This document shows, piece after piece, positions 37,738 to 47,442 of a stretch of DNA of 64,000 bases. Source of the DNA: Gammaproteobacteria bacterium (GTDB lineage Bacteria; Pseudomonadota; Gammaproteobacteria; Eutrophobiales; Eutrophobiaceae); contig OZ244905.1 of NCBI GenBank assembly GCA_965221695.1, forward strand, positions 3,360,001-3,424,000, written 5' to 3'. The notes below the pieces were generated by a model. It ran no database searches. It saw nothing but the letters and a program-made list of their open reading frames with translations, and had not been told where the DNA came from. A program made the translations under genes and the position numbers. Numbering within the stretch: the first letter of the stretch is position 1; each line of letters starts with the position of its first letter.

Positions 37738-38712
37738 ATGCGCGCAATTGTCGTAAATCAGCCCGGTGATGTATCACAACTGGAATTAACCCGGATACCG
37801 GAACCTGAGGCCGGGCCCCGTGAAGTTCTGATCGATGTCCGCTATGCCAGTTGTAACTGGATGGATACGGAGAAACGCAGGGGGGTATATCCCGACAAGT
37901 CCCTGGCCTACCCGATGGTATTAGGTAACGAGGTCTGCGGGACCATCAGCATATGTGGTACAAATGTGGAGGGACTTACTGAAGGTCAACGCGTTGCAGC
38001 AATCCTGCCAAGCGGCGGATACGCCGAAAAATGTGTTACGTATACTGATTTGGTCATACCGCTTCCGGAATCGATCCCCGATACTCTGGGCGCTGCTTTT
38101 CCAATCGTTTCTATAACTGCTTATCACTTGCTGAATTCTGCGTATGCTTTAAAAGAAGGAGAAACGTTGTTGATCCATGCAATAGGTGGTGGCGTGGGGT
38201 TGATGGTTACACAATTAGCCACACAGGCAGGCGCCCGGGTCATCGGTACGGTCAGTTCGGACAGTAAGAGTGAACAGGCGTTGGCTTTGGGGGCTGAGCG
38301 TGTTGTCAATCGAAGTAAGGAAGATTTTGTCGAGGCAGCACTGGATTTCACCAATGGTCGGGGGGTCGACCTGGTTATCGATTCTTTGGGCGGTGAAACC
38401 GGTTATCGCAGTTTGGATGCACTGCGTCACTATGGCCATCTCATTAACATCGGCGAAGCTGAAGGGTGGCCGGTTGAGAACCTGCGGGATAAATTATACG
38501 AGCGTTCAACTTCATTTGCCGGATTTGAAACCATTCATGCCATGCAAAACCCGGCAGTCTGGCGCAGGGGTGTGGAATATGTAACAACTGCCTTTGCCGA
38601 GGGGAAACTAAATCTTCCCATTTCAGCGGTATTCCCCCTGGAGCAGTGTCAGGAGATGCACGAGAAAATGGAAAGCAGAACAGTATCAGGTAAACTGCTG
38701 TTAAGCATGTAA
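37738..38712 (+). CDS. NADPH:quinone oxidoreductase (MDR/zinc-binding dehydrogenase family)
   Basis: MRAIVV..PG, LGNEVCG, GGYAE, IHAIGGGVG, GRGVDLVIDS.G, GKLLL. Confidence 0.9.
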   Translation: MRAIVVNQPGDVSQLELTRIPEPEAGPREVLIDVRYASCNWMDTEKRRGVYPDKSLAYPMVLGNEVCGTISICGTNVEGLTEGQRVAAILPSGGYAEKCVTYTDLVIPLPESIPDTLGAAFPIVSITAYHLLNSAYALKEGETLLIHAIGGGVGLMVTQLATQAGARVIGTVSSDSKSEQALALGAERVVNRSKEDFVEAALDFTNGRGVDLVIDSLGGETGYRSLDALRHYGHLINIGEAEGWPVENLRDKLYERSTSFAGFETIHAMQNPAVWRRGVEYVTTAFAEGKLNLPISAVFPLEQCQEMHEKMESRTVSGKLLLSM

Positions 38713-38726
38713 TCTGTGAAAGATCA

Positions 38727-39344
38727 ATGACTATAAGACGGAAGAAAAAAAGACACCTCAAGGCTAGGACCCGCGATCTAATTGTAGATGAAGCGGAGAA
38801 AATGATAGCAAAACGGGGAATAGATGGACTCGTACTGGATGATATTGCCGAAGCGCTGGGTATTCAACGTCCATCGCTCTACACGCATTTCAATGGGAGA
38901 GACGGTATTTTGACTGCCGTCGCGGAACGTGCTTTTATCCAGCTCTCGCATCAGTTCCAGGATGATGAAAACCCGGACCCGGTTGTCACTATAAGTAAGG
39001 GTGTTGACGAACTGGTGAATTTCCTGGTTCAACATAAAGCGTATGCACGATTATTGGCTCGCGATTTTTCCACCCCCGGTGGCTTGCCGGCGGTGAATAC
39101 CGTGTTGGGCTCCCTGGAATCAGTTGTGGTCCCGGCGTTATTGCAACCGCTCTACGACAGGCTCAATAAAATCATTGTGCGCGGTCATAATCAGAGTAGG
39201 TTCGGGAAGGTGGACCCGTTTGTCTTCCTGACAGCCCTGCTGGGGAGCATCATGGCATGTCTGCTGCAACACAGGCAGGAACTGGAGAACCTGAACGAAA
39301 TAATGACCAAGATGGCAATGGGATTACTCTCGGAACAAAAATGA
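38727..39344 (+). CDS. TetR/AcrR family transcriptional regulator
   Basis: TRDLIVDEA...G.....DDIAEALGIQRPSLYTHF HTH. Confidence 0.9.
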   Translation: MTIRRKKKRHLKARTRDLIVDEAEKMIAKRGIDGLVLDDIAEALGIQRPSLYTHFNGRDGILTAVAERAFIQLSHQFQDDENPDPVVTISKGVDELVNFLVQHKAYARLLARDFSTPGGLPAVNTVLGSLESVVVPALLQPLYDRLNKIIVRGHNQSRFGKVDPFVFLTALLGSIMACLLQHRQELENLNEIMTKMAMGLLSEQK

Positions 39345-39373
39345 GCGCAGCCGGGTCTGCCTTGTAAAGGTGT

Positions 39374-40618
39374 TCAGCCCACTCCTGCAAGCTCGATCAT
39401 TGAATGCAACAACACATTGGCTCCGGCAGCCACATCAGATGAAGATGCATATTCGGCTTCATTATGACTGATGCCGTTTTTGCAGGGGATAAATATCATC
39501 GCCGTTGGCGCCAGTTCAGCAATACTCATCGCGTCGTGTCCTGCCCCGCTCAACATCCGTTTGTAAGGATACGCCAGGTTTTTCGTAGCCTGTTCAATAA
39601 CGGATACGATATCATGGTCAAATCTTACCGGCTGTTTCTTCAGCAAAATCCTGAATTCAAATCCGAGATCCCTTTTATCAGCTAGTAGGGCAAGCCCTTC
39701 CTTAACGTCAGTCAGCAGTGAATTCAGGACCGCCGTATCAGGATGTCTGCAATCAATCGTAAAATACGCCTGACCGGGTATGGTACTGATGGAATTGGGG
39801 GTGATATCAAGGGCGCCAACCGTCATCTTCACGGAGTCATCCGTGCCCATTGCCAGCAGGTTTAAAAAGACAATCATCTCGGCGGCGCCAAGGCAGGCAT
39901 CCCGGCGCATATCAAGTTTGACCGTGCCGGCGTGGCCGTCTTCGCCGGTAAGTGTCACTTCAGCGGCAAAAGCGCCCTGGACACAATCCACGACTCCGAT
40001 CGTTTTTTCCTCATGTTCCAGGATCGGGCCTTGTTCAATGTGCGCTTCTATAAATGCATCAAACTTCCGTGTTCCCGCTATTTCACTGCCGTAATAACCT
40101 ATGCTCCTGAGATCATCAATTACCCTTGTTCCATCTTTGGTCATGGTCTGGTGTACATCTGCTGTTTTCAATTTCCCGGCAAACACCTGTGAACCTGTCA
40201 ACGGAGGTGAAAAACGGGCCGCTTCCTCATTGGTCCATACAATGACATCGATCGGTTTTTGAGTCTTGATATTGTGGTCGTTCAGTGACCGAACGACTTC
40301 CAGGCCTGCGAGCACACCATAAATTCCGTCGAACTTGCCTCCATGGGGCTGGGTATCGAGGTGACTGCCGGTTGCAACCGTAGGCGCATCGGGCTCCTGT
40401 CCGTTGCGTCTGGCATATATATTTCCGACTTCGTCGACCGACACTGTACATCCGGCTTCTGTTGCCCACTTGACAAACAGGTCTCGCCCCTTCTGGTCTT
40501 CCTTACTCAGAGCCAACCGGCGGCAGCCACCGTTGGGTAATTCACCATGGCTCCCCATCTCCATGATGCTATCCCACAGCCTGGTTTCATTAGCCGTGAT
40601 GGAATTGAATCTGGACAC
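39374..40618 (-). CDS. M20 Zn-dependent amidohydrolase (N-carbamoyl-amino-acid hydrolase / beta-ureidopropionase type)
   Basis: GGCRRLALS, GSHLDTQP.GG.FDG..GV, WTNEE..RF, EAHIEQGP, GHAGT, SGAGHDA, GISHN..E. Confidence 0.92.
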   Translation of the reverse strand: MSRFNSITANETRLWDSIMEMGSHGELPNGGCRRLALSKEDQKGRDLFVKWATEAGCTVSVDEVGNIYARRNGQEPDAPTVATGSHLDTQPHGGKFDGIYGVLAGLEVVRSLNDHNIKTQKPIDVIVWTNEEAARFSPPLTGSQVFAGKLKTADVHQTMTKDGTRVIDDLRSIGYYGSEIAGTRKFDAFIEAHIEQGPILEHEEKTIGVVDCVQGAFAAEVTLTGEDGHAGTVKLDMRRDACLGAAEMIVFLNLLAMGTDDSVKMTVGALDITPNSISTIPGQAYFTIDCRHPDTAVLNSLLTDVKEGLALLADKRDLGFEFRILLKKQPVRFDHDIVSVIEQATKNLAYPYKRMLSGAGHDAMSIAELAPTAMIFIPCKNGISHNEAEYASSSDVAAGANVLLHSMIELAGVG

Positions 40619-40621
40619 GGC

Positions 40622-41602
40622 TCAAAGACGAATTAATGGTTGGTGAGCACAACGAAAAGAGCCACCGCATCGGTATACATGGCCATATGGAAGGCGAACC
40701 ACTTCAAAATTACGTTTTTTAAGTTCTTTCTCCATTAAATCATGCTCCTCTTCGGCAGGAACAATTACGGTGTGATCATCAATAACCAGATGATTTGTAC
40801 CCAGGGCATTGTTACAATATTCCTTGCTGACATCTATGATGTCCCAATCTTTAATATACTCAGGCACACCATCAGGAAAAGCCTCGGTGCAGGCAATGGC
40901 AACTCCCTCACGGGGAAGGCAAAGCACACAATCGAGGTGTTGAAAACAGGATGGATCCACACCAACCGTTACCACACTGTACTCCTCACCCAGCATATGT
41001 TGTAGCCAGCGTGCGCCTTCCTGGTTGCTGCAATGCCCCGAGTGGCCGACGAGGATCTTTTTATCTAGGACAAACACATCACCGCCTTCCAGGTAACCCC
41101 ATCCGGGCGCATCCACACTTTGATCGGCGCCGCAGTCAGGCTGGGCAAAATACCTGGCGCCGCGTTCCATCGCCTGCACGAGAATGTGCCGTGTGGCAAA
41201 CCGCTGGCGGCGGTGAAACATCGTACGGGGCGCCAGTTCGATGACATTGCTGCCTATGGTCACGAAGCCGTCACGGTGCCAACCCGTTGGCGACCCCCAG
41301 TTATCGCCGTCCGGAAATTTGCGGTTCGCTTCACCGATTAATGCGCCGCGATGAACCTTTATTCCGGATTTTTCCAGAAAACTGACTACCCCTTCGATTT
41401 GCGCCTTCCAATTCCTGAAATAATCAGGATTGACTTCCTCAAGACTTAGCCCCGGGTTAGATTGCCACATCTGCCTGAATTCGCCAACCGGGCGTAGATC
41501 CGAATCCACGTTCCATTTGGGAAAGATAAATTCGTGCGATGAACCATAAATACATTCCTTCAGTTCACCCCATTCGGCGCGTACGTATATTTTGTCAGGC
41601 AT
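40622..41602 (-). CDS. Pentein superfamily enzyme (amidinotransferase / guanidino hydrolase-like)
   Basis: V.AEWGELKE..G start, RD, LEGGD, HLD, GGSFRC (Asp/His/Cys catalytic set). Confidence 0.85.
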   Translation of the reverse strand: MPDKIYVRAEWGELKECIYGSSHEFIFPKWNVDSDLRPVGEFRQMWQSNPGLSLEEVNPDYFRNWKAQIEGVVSFLEKSGIKVHRGALIGEANRKFPDGDNWGSPTGWHRDGFVTIGSNVIELAPRTMFHRRQRFATRHILVQAMERGARYFAQPDCGADQSVDAPGWGYLEGGDVFVLDKKILVGHSGHCSNQEGARWLQHMLGEEYSVVTVGVDPSCFQHLDCVLCLPREGVAIACTEAFPDGVPEYIKDWDIIDVSKEYCNNALGTNHLVIDDHTVIVPAEEEHDLMEKELKKRNFEVVRLPYGHVYRCGGSFRCAHQPLIRL

Positions 41603-41687
41603 TACACTTTTTTACTGGTTAATTGATAACAACACATCATCCTATAAATAAATTCAATGAACGTAAGTTGGTATCTTTCGTATCAAT

Positions 41688-41710
41688 TATACTACGCTAC
41701 GTAGTATAGA
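41688..41710. promoter_or_regulatory. Palindromic operator upstream of the pentein gene
   Basis: TATACTACG-CTA-CGTAGTATA; shares CTAC-N5-GTAGTATAGA with 36286-36304. Confidence 0.55.
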
Positions 41711-41844
41711 TGCAAAGTTACACAAAAATATTGTAATTTAAGAAAAACTCCCTGCGATCCCAGGCTGGTGCCGTGGTTTTCCGGCGCAGCGCTTGGCTGA
41801 AATCAAAGACCTCGTGTCTGAGCTTGCCAGCAAGTTAAAACAAG

Positions 41845-41871
41845 GGAAACTCTGATTAAGTCAGAGCTTCC
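41845..41871. repeat. Mini family-A element (27 bp)
   Basis: GGAAACTCTGA-TTAAG-TCAGAGCTTCC flanked by an exact CAAG/CAAG duplication. Confidence 0.75.
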
Positions 41872-41879
41872 CAAGTTGG

Positions 41880-43508
41880 CTAACCCCTGTTGCGCGGCAT
41901 CAGGATATACGGCCAGGGGCTGGGCATGCCGGCGCTGGGCATTTCAATCAATACCGGGCCGGTCTCTTCGAATGCCGTTTGCAAGGCCTGGCGTAACTGT
42001 TCGGGTGTTTCCACGCGCAGGCCCAGGGCGCCGAAGCTCTCCGCAAAGCGTACGAAATTCGGATTGCACAGGTCCGAGCCGATGATGTTTCCGCCGAATT
42101 CCTCCTGCTGTGCCCGTTTTACGTTGCCGTAAGAGTCATTGTTGAAGACGATGTTGACCAGGTTCAGGCCGTATTTTACTGCGGTCGCCATTTCCGTTGC
42201 CTGGTACATGAAGCCGCCGTCACCGCCCAGCGCCACCACTTTTTTATCGGGATTGGCAGCTTGCACACCGAGTGCGGTCGCGTACCCATACCCCAGGTTC
42301 CCCTGGTAGCCGCTGCTGATGAATTGCCGCGGCCGGTAAACCGGAAACCCGTACCATGACGCATAACCGACCTGGGTGATCTCATCCACCAGGAAGCCAT
42401 CCTCCGGCAACTCCTCCCGGATCACCTTCAATATTTCCATTTGCGGTCCCAGCTTCTGTTCGTATTCCTTGAACGTCGCGTTTTTCAGGGCGGTCAGTTC
42501 CTGTTTGCGCGATGGCCTGGAACTATTGTGGCGCTCCAAGGCCACTGCCAGGTCGGCTAGCGCCCGCCCGGCGTCTGCAACAATGCCGATGTCCGGCTCG
42601 GTGACGGTTGTAATCTGCGCGGCATCAATATCGATACGGACGATTTTCAGTTCGTCATCAAGACCCCATAGCAGTTGCTGATCTCCCAGTCTCGTGCCCA
42701 CGGCCAGCGCCACATCTGCCGCGCCCCAGAGACGGTGTCCGGCGCTCCATGGCTGGCTCAGGTAATGGCGGTCGTCGATGATCCCCTTCCCGCTCCATAA
42801 GGTTGTGCAAGGCGCTTGCAGGATTTCTGCGACCCGGAGCAACTCTGCGCCGGCATCCACGCAGCCATGGCCGATTACAATCAACGGTTTCTTTGCGTTG
42901 CCGAGCAGGCGCGCGGCCGCCTCGATCTGGTCGGGGTCGGCCCCGGGAGGCTCCGGGGCAGGGGACGGCGCTAGCAGTTCCACGTCCTCTTGCAGGCCCA
43001 TGATGTCCGGCGCCATCTCCAGCGCGACCGGGCGCGCCCGCCCTGAGTGCATTTCCCGGAACGCCCGGTCAACCAGGCGCGGCGCATCTGCGGGTGTTTC
43101 TATTCGTTCCGCCCATTTCGTCAGGCTTTGCAGGATGCCTAGTTGATCCGGTATCTCGTGCAGTAATCCGACACCTTTGCCAATCCATTGCGACGGGATC
43201 TGACCGGCCACGCACAGTACCCGTTCATTGCACGCATACGCGGTGCACAGGGCCGAGCCGGTGTTCAGAATGCCCGGTCCGGGCACGACCGAATAGACAC
43301 CCACCTTGCCCGTGGACCTGGCATAGCCATACGCCATATACGCGACCCCCTGCTCATGGCGGGCATTGAAGACTTTGATCTCGTTCTGTTCGTTATAAAT
43401 GGCATCGAACAGGAAATAAGTCTGCCCCCCCGGCAGGCCAAAGACGGTATCAACGCCGTAGCCGCGTAGTGATTTGATAATGGCTTCAGCGCCGGTCATT
43501 TTACTCAT
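41880..43508 (-). CDS. Thiamine pyrophosphate-dependent enzyme (acetolactate synthase large-subunit-like, probably catabolic)
   Basis: VFGLPG, RHEQG, VPGPG, GDGGF...N.VFNN TPP motif; no ilvH/ilvN partner nearby. Confidence 0.88.
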   Translation of the reverse strand: MSKMTGAEAIIKSLRGYGVDTVFGLPGGQTYFLFDAIYNEQNEIKVFNARHEQGVAYMAYGYARSTGKVGVYSVVPGPGILNTGSALCTAYACNERVLCVAGQIPSQWIGKGVGLLHEIPDQLGILQSLTKWAERIETPADAPRLVDRAFREMHSGRARPVALEMAPDIMGLQEDVELLAPSPAPEPPGADPDQIEAAARLLGNAKKPLIVIGHGCVDAGAELLRVAEILQAPCTTLWSGKGIIDDRHYLSQPWSAGHRLWGAADVALAVGTRLGDQQLLWGLDDELKIVRIDIDAAQITTVTEPDIGIVADAGRALADLAVALERHNSSRPSRKQELTALKNATFKEYEQKLGPQMEILKVIREELPEDGFLVDEITQVGYASWYGFPVYRPRQFISSGYQGNLGYGYATALGVQAANPDKKVVALGGDGGFMYQATEMATAVKYGLNLVNIVFNNDSYGNVKRAQQEEFGGNIIGSDLCNPNFVRFAESFGALGLRVETPEQLRQALQTAFEETGPVLIEMPSAGMPSPWPYILMPRNRG

Positions 43509-43644
43509 TACATCTCTCTCTGATTATTTTGCGGGAGTGGTTTCAGGACACCCATACCATTTTATTAGGTGTTATGAAAAGGCGTTATAATACCTGAAAG
43601 CAGTAATTTCGCACTCTCTAGTTCACTCCAGCGGAGTTCCCCAG

Positions 43645-44511
43645 ATGGCAGTTGTATTGATCACCGGATGCAGCAGTGGTATCGGTAAAGTCAGCGCCCT
43701 GGCGTTTGCGCGTAAGGGTTATCACGTATTTGCGGGCGCGCGCAATCCGAACGACTGTGCCGCGTTAACGGTTATTTCCGAAAACGAGAGCCTGAAGCTG
43801 GAGGTCGTGCAACTCGACGTGACCGATGCGCAGGCAGTCAGCGACGCGGTGGCCCGCGCAATTGATGTCAGCGGTCGAATAGATGTACTGGTCAATAATG
43901 CCGGCATTGGCAGGCTTGCGGCGCTGGAAGATATGACAGATGGCGATATCGACCAGGTGATGCAGGTCAACTTCATTGCGCCTGTGCGCCTTTCCAGGGC
44001 GGCGCTGCCGGCCATGCGCGCGCAAGGCTATGGTCGTATCATCATGGTGTCTTCCCTGTCGGCGCTGGTCGGCTTGCCGGGGGAGACGATATATTGCGCG
44101 AGCAAGGCAGCCCTTGAGGCCATGGCCGAAGGACTGCGGCATGAAGTGGGATGTTTCAATATTGCCGTATCGGTGGTGGAACCGGGATCGTTCAATACGG
44201 CGATGCCGGGCAAGATCGCGCAGGGCGCCGTCTGTCCGCCGGATTCGCCTTACGCCCCCCTGCTGCAACACCTGCAGCAAGAGGCGGCAGCCGGTTCCGG
44301 CCACGGTGATGATCCGCAACGGGTCGCAGAGTTGCTGGTGCGCATTGCCGCAGAGGAGCATCCTGCGTTTCGTTACCCGGCAGGTGAGCAAGCCGAATCG
44401 GTGACGGAAACCCTGCGCGGCCTTGACGCAGATGCGCGGGAACGGTTTATCCGCGCCGTAAATAATACCAACTGGTGGTCGTCAGGGGAGCAAAACAAGG
44501 AGGCAGGGTAA
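43645..44511 (+). CDS. SDR family oxidoreductase
   Basis: LITGCSSGIG, VNNAG, YCASK, VEPG. Confidence 0.92.
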   Translation: MAVVLITGCSSGIGKVSALAFARKGYHVFAGARNPNDCAALTVISENESLKLEVVQLDVTDAQAVSDAVARAIDVSGRIDVLVNNAGIGRLAALEDMTDGDIDQVMQVNFIAPVRLSRAALPAMRAQGYGRIIMVSSLSALVGLPGETIYCASKAALEAMAEGLRHEVGCFNIAVSVVEPGSFNTAMPGKIAQGAVCPPDSPYAPLLQHLQQEAAAGSGHGDDPQRVAELLVRIAAEEHPAFRYPAGEQAESVTETLRGLDADARERFIRAVNNTNWWSSGEQNKEAG

Positions 44512-44527
44512 TGGTATGGGGAGCAGG

Positions 44528-45265
44528 TCAATGCCGCAGTATCTGCCCCAAAAATGTCTTGAGCCGTTCCGACGAAGGATTGCCGAAGAAATCTCCCGGA
44601 TTGTTTTGTTCGATGATACGGCCCTCGTCCATAAAGATTATGCGGTTCGCGACCTGGCGGGCGAAGCCCATTTCATGGGTGACGCATAACATGGTCATGC
44701 CGGATTCGGCCAGGCCGGTCATGGTTTCCAACACCTCGCCGATCATCTCCGGATCCAGCGCGGATGTGGGTTCATCGAACAGCATGATTTTCGGTTTCAT
44801 GCACAACGCCCGGGCGATGGCTACCCGCTGCTGCTGGCCACCGGACAACTGGGCCGGGAATTTTTGCGCGTAGTCACGCATTTTTACCTTGTCCAGGTAA
44901 TACATGGCCAGTTCCTGCGCGTCTTTTTCTGTAGTCTTCCGTACCCGCACCGGGGCCAGCGCCAGGTTTTCCATTACGGTAAGGTGGGGAAACAGGTTGA
45001 ACTGCTGGAATACCATGCCGACCTCTGCGCGCACGGCGCGCACGTCCCTGTTATCCGCCAGCGTTGTTGCCAGCACAGTCAGCGAGCCAGACTGGTAGTT
45101 CTCCAGCGCATTGATGCAGCGAATAAGCGTGGATTTGCCTGAACCGGATGGGCCGCAAATGACAATCTTCTCCCCGGCCTTGACCTGCAGAGTAATGTCC
45201 TTGAGAACATGGAACTCGCCGTACCACTTGTTCAAATTGTCGATTTGAATTATGTCGGAACTCAT
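44528..45265 (-). CDS. aapP: Amino acid ABC transporter ATP-binding protein (AapP-type)
   Basis: [66 protein letters not shown]. Confidence 0.85.
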   Translation of the reverse strand: MSSDIIQIDNLNKWYGEFHVLKDITLQVKAGEKIVICGPSGSGKSTLIRCINALENYQSGSLTVLATTLADNRDVRAVRAEVGMVFQQFNLFPHLTVMENLALAPVRVRKTTEKDAQELAMYYLDKVKMRDYAQKFPAQLSGGQQQRVAIARALCMKPKIMLFDEPTSALDPEMIGEVLETMTGLAESGMTMLCVTHEMGFARQVANRIIFMDEGRIIEQNNPGDFFGNPSSERLKTFLGQILRH

Positions 45266-45381
45266 GGCTCAGAGGGTTTCGGCAGCATTCATCCGGAGGT
45301 CATGCTGGAATTTGCCCACCAGTTCAAACATGCTGTGCAGGCAACCTGAATTTGCTTAAGCAAGTATAGTAATACATTATA

Positions 45382-45532
45382 GGAACCTCTGATTAAGTCA
45401 GAGGTTCCTACGATACAAGGATGTATCGTCAAAATCAATGACTATAAGGCATTGATTTTGTGAGGAAAACAAAAATCGCATTTTTGTTTTTCGTACTCTG
45501 ACAAGTCCGGGATGGACTTGTTCAGAGTTTCC
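45382..45532 (+). mobile_element. MITE-like element family A, full copy 1 (151 bp, five consecutive hairpins)
   Basis: Ends GGAACCTCTGATTAAG / CTTGTTCAGAGTTTCC; TATA/TATA flanking duplication; inverted copy at 54235-54385. Confidence 0.88.
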
Positions 45533-45575
45533 TATAGTTGTCGAAAATGTACGATTGCACGAGGTTAATTCAGTA

Positions 45576-47207
45576 ATGCGAAACAAGCTGAGTCATGTAT
45601 TTACCGGTTCATTATTGAGAACTGCCGGGGCGCCAATAATTTTATTATTCATGGTTGCCTGCAGCGAGCGGCAAGCACCGCCCAATATCGTGTTCATCAT
45701 GTCTGATGACCATGCATACAAGGCGATTAGCGCATATGGACATGGCTTGAATCATACTCCCAACATCGACCGGATTGCAAAAGAGGGGGCGATTTTCAAC
45801 AGGGGATTCGTTACCAATTCGATTTGCGCGCCCAGCCGGGCTGTCGTGCTCACCGGAAAACACAGTTTCGTCAATGGCAAAGTAGACAATATCCAGGCAT
45901 TTGACTGGGATCAGCCGAATTTTGCAAAACAGTTACAGGCAGCGGGATATCAAACTGCGCTGATAGGCAAGATACATCTGGACGGGCAACCGCAGGGATT
46001 TGATTATTCTGTGGTACTGCCGGGGCAGGGACATTATTACAATCCGGACTTTATTGAAAATGGTGTAACCAGGCGTATCAAAGGTTATATCACGTCAATT
46101 ACCACTCAACTGGCCCTGGACTGGTTGGAGAATAAACGAGACAGAGAAAAACCGTTCCTGTTACTGTACCAGCAAAAAGCGCCACACAGGAACCGGAAAC
46201 CGGAAGAAAAATATCTGACCTTGTTTGATGATAAAACCTTTAAACCACCGGCAAACTATTTCGATGATTATCGCCGGCGCGGGTCTGCGGCCAAACAACA
46301 GGAAATGCGTATAGATATCCATGCCAGGTGGGGGCATGACTTCAAAATGATCTTTGCGCCGGACGGGGAGGCTACGGACCTTAATGAAGAACTCGAAAGG
46401 TTTGATGACGATCAAAGAAATGCCTGGCTTGCTGCGTACGGCCCAAAAAATGAAGCTATGAAAAGGTTGAACCTGACAGGTTCTGAATTGTCGATCTGGA
46501 AGTTCAACCGCTACATGAAGGACTACCTCAGAACAGTGCGGTCGATTGATGACGGTGTAGGCGAAGTTCTGGATTACCTGGATGAAAACGGCCTTTCTGA
46601 AAATACGATTGTGATTTACACGTCCGACCAGGGGTACTACCTGGGCGAACACGGATGGTTTGACAAGCGATTCATGTATGAAGAATCCTTCAGGATACCG
46701 ATACTTATGCGTTACCCGAAGGAAATCAAGGCAGGCGCGCAAATTGATGAACTGGTTCAGAACCTGGATTTCGCCCCGACACTGCTGGATTACGCCGGAG
46801 TGAAACCAGCGGACGGGATTCAAGGCGAATCGTTAAGAAAAATCCTGAGCGGGGAATCATCAAACTGGCGGGATGCTGTTTATTACACCTATTATGAGTT
46901 CCCTTCGGTACACATGGTCAAACGGCATTACGGAATAAGAACCAGCCGTTACAAGTTAATCCATTTTTACTATGACATCGATGAGTGGGAAATGTATGAC
47001 CTTGAAACAGACCCTGCGGAAATGAACAACGTATACGAGGATGAACACTATGCATCAGTGAGAGCGGCTATGCATCGAAAACTGGCAGAGATAAGGGAGA
47101 AATATGGCGATTCGGACGAATTGAATCAAATGCACCTGGAACGATACCTGAATGACACTTCTATGCACCATTATGAAGAATATATCCTCAAACACATCCG
47201 TGGATAA
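45576..47207 (+). CDS. Cys-type formylglycine-dependent sulfatase, probable lipoprotein
   Basis: PNIVFIMSDDH, NSICAPSRAVVLTG (CxPxR), GKIHL, YTSDQG..LGEHGWFDKR; lipobox-like MVAC. Confidence 0.93.
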   Translation: MRNKLSHVFTGSLLRTAGAPIILLFMVACSERQAPPNIVFIMSDDHAYKAISAYGHGLNHTPNIDRIAKEGAIFNRGFVTNSICAPSRAVVLTGKHSFVNGKVDNIQAFDWDQPNFAKQLQAAGYQTALIGKIHLDGQPQGFDYSVVLPGQGHYYNPDFIENGVTRRIKGYITSITTQLALDWLENKRDREKPFLLLYQQKAPHRNRKPEEKYLTLFDDKTFKPPANYFDDYRRRGSAAKQQEMRIDIHARWGHDFKMIFAPDGEATDLNEELERFDDDQRNAWLAAYGPKNEAMKRLNLTGSELSIWKFNRYMKDYLRTVRSIDDGVGEVLDYLDENGLSENTIVIYTSDQGYYLGEHGWFDKRFMYEESFRIPILMRYPKEIKAGAQIDELVQNLDFAPTLLDYAGVKPADGIQGESLRKILSGESSNWRDAVYYTYYEFPSVHMVKRHYGIRTSRYKLIHFYYDIDEWEMYDLETDPAEMNNVYEDEHYASVRAAMHRKLAEIREKYGDSDELNQMHLERYLNDTSMHHYEEYILKHIRG

Positions 47208-47306
47208 GGACGTCCCGTTGCTTTCTTACAACATCCTTTAAATCCGCGCTCCCGAATGTAGCAGTAAATCAGGCACACCAACAAAAAACACGGAAAATTT
47301 TTCTGC

Positions 47307-47335
47307 TTGACAGAAAACTGTTTCAGCCTTAGATT
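47307..47335 (+). promoter_or_regulatory. Sigma-70 promoter of the TBDR with an operator-like palindrome in the spacer
   Basis: TTGACA-17 bp-TAGATT; the spacer holds GAAAACTGTTTC. Confidence 0.55.
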
Positions 47336-47442
47336 ATCGTAAGAATTCTCTTGTATTAATAAATAGTTGTCATTCCATCCGGTTTGATACGACGAAAAAA
47401 AATAACAAAGCATTGTTACGCGAGCCTTATATGGGGGTCCAA

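Noticed and set aside
38723-38737. 15-bp match ATCAATGACTATAAG to the interior of MITE A at the TetR start
   Set aside because: An isolated match without element ends; compatible with chance.
41742-41855. Short open frame (EKLPAIPGW...LAEIKDLVSELASKLKQGKL) that might be a gene remnant
   Set aside because: No start codon or recognisable motif; cannot be supported without a homology search.
33951-41880. Guanidine riboswitch upstream of the DUF1989 or pentein genes
   Set aside because: No ykkC, mini-ykkC (paired ACGR loops) or ykkC-III pattern was recognisable by eye; an Infernal scan would be decisive.
45382-45532. Repeated palindromes resembling a CRISPR array or integron attC sites
   Set aside because: The hairpins differ from each other, there are no constant repeats with unique spacers, no cas or integrase genes, and no RYYYAAC...GTTRRRY ends.
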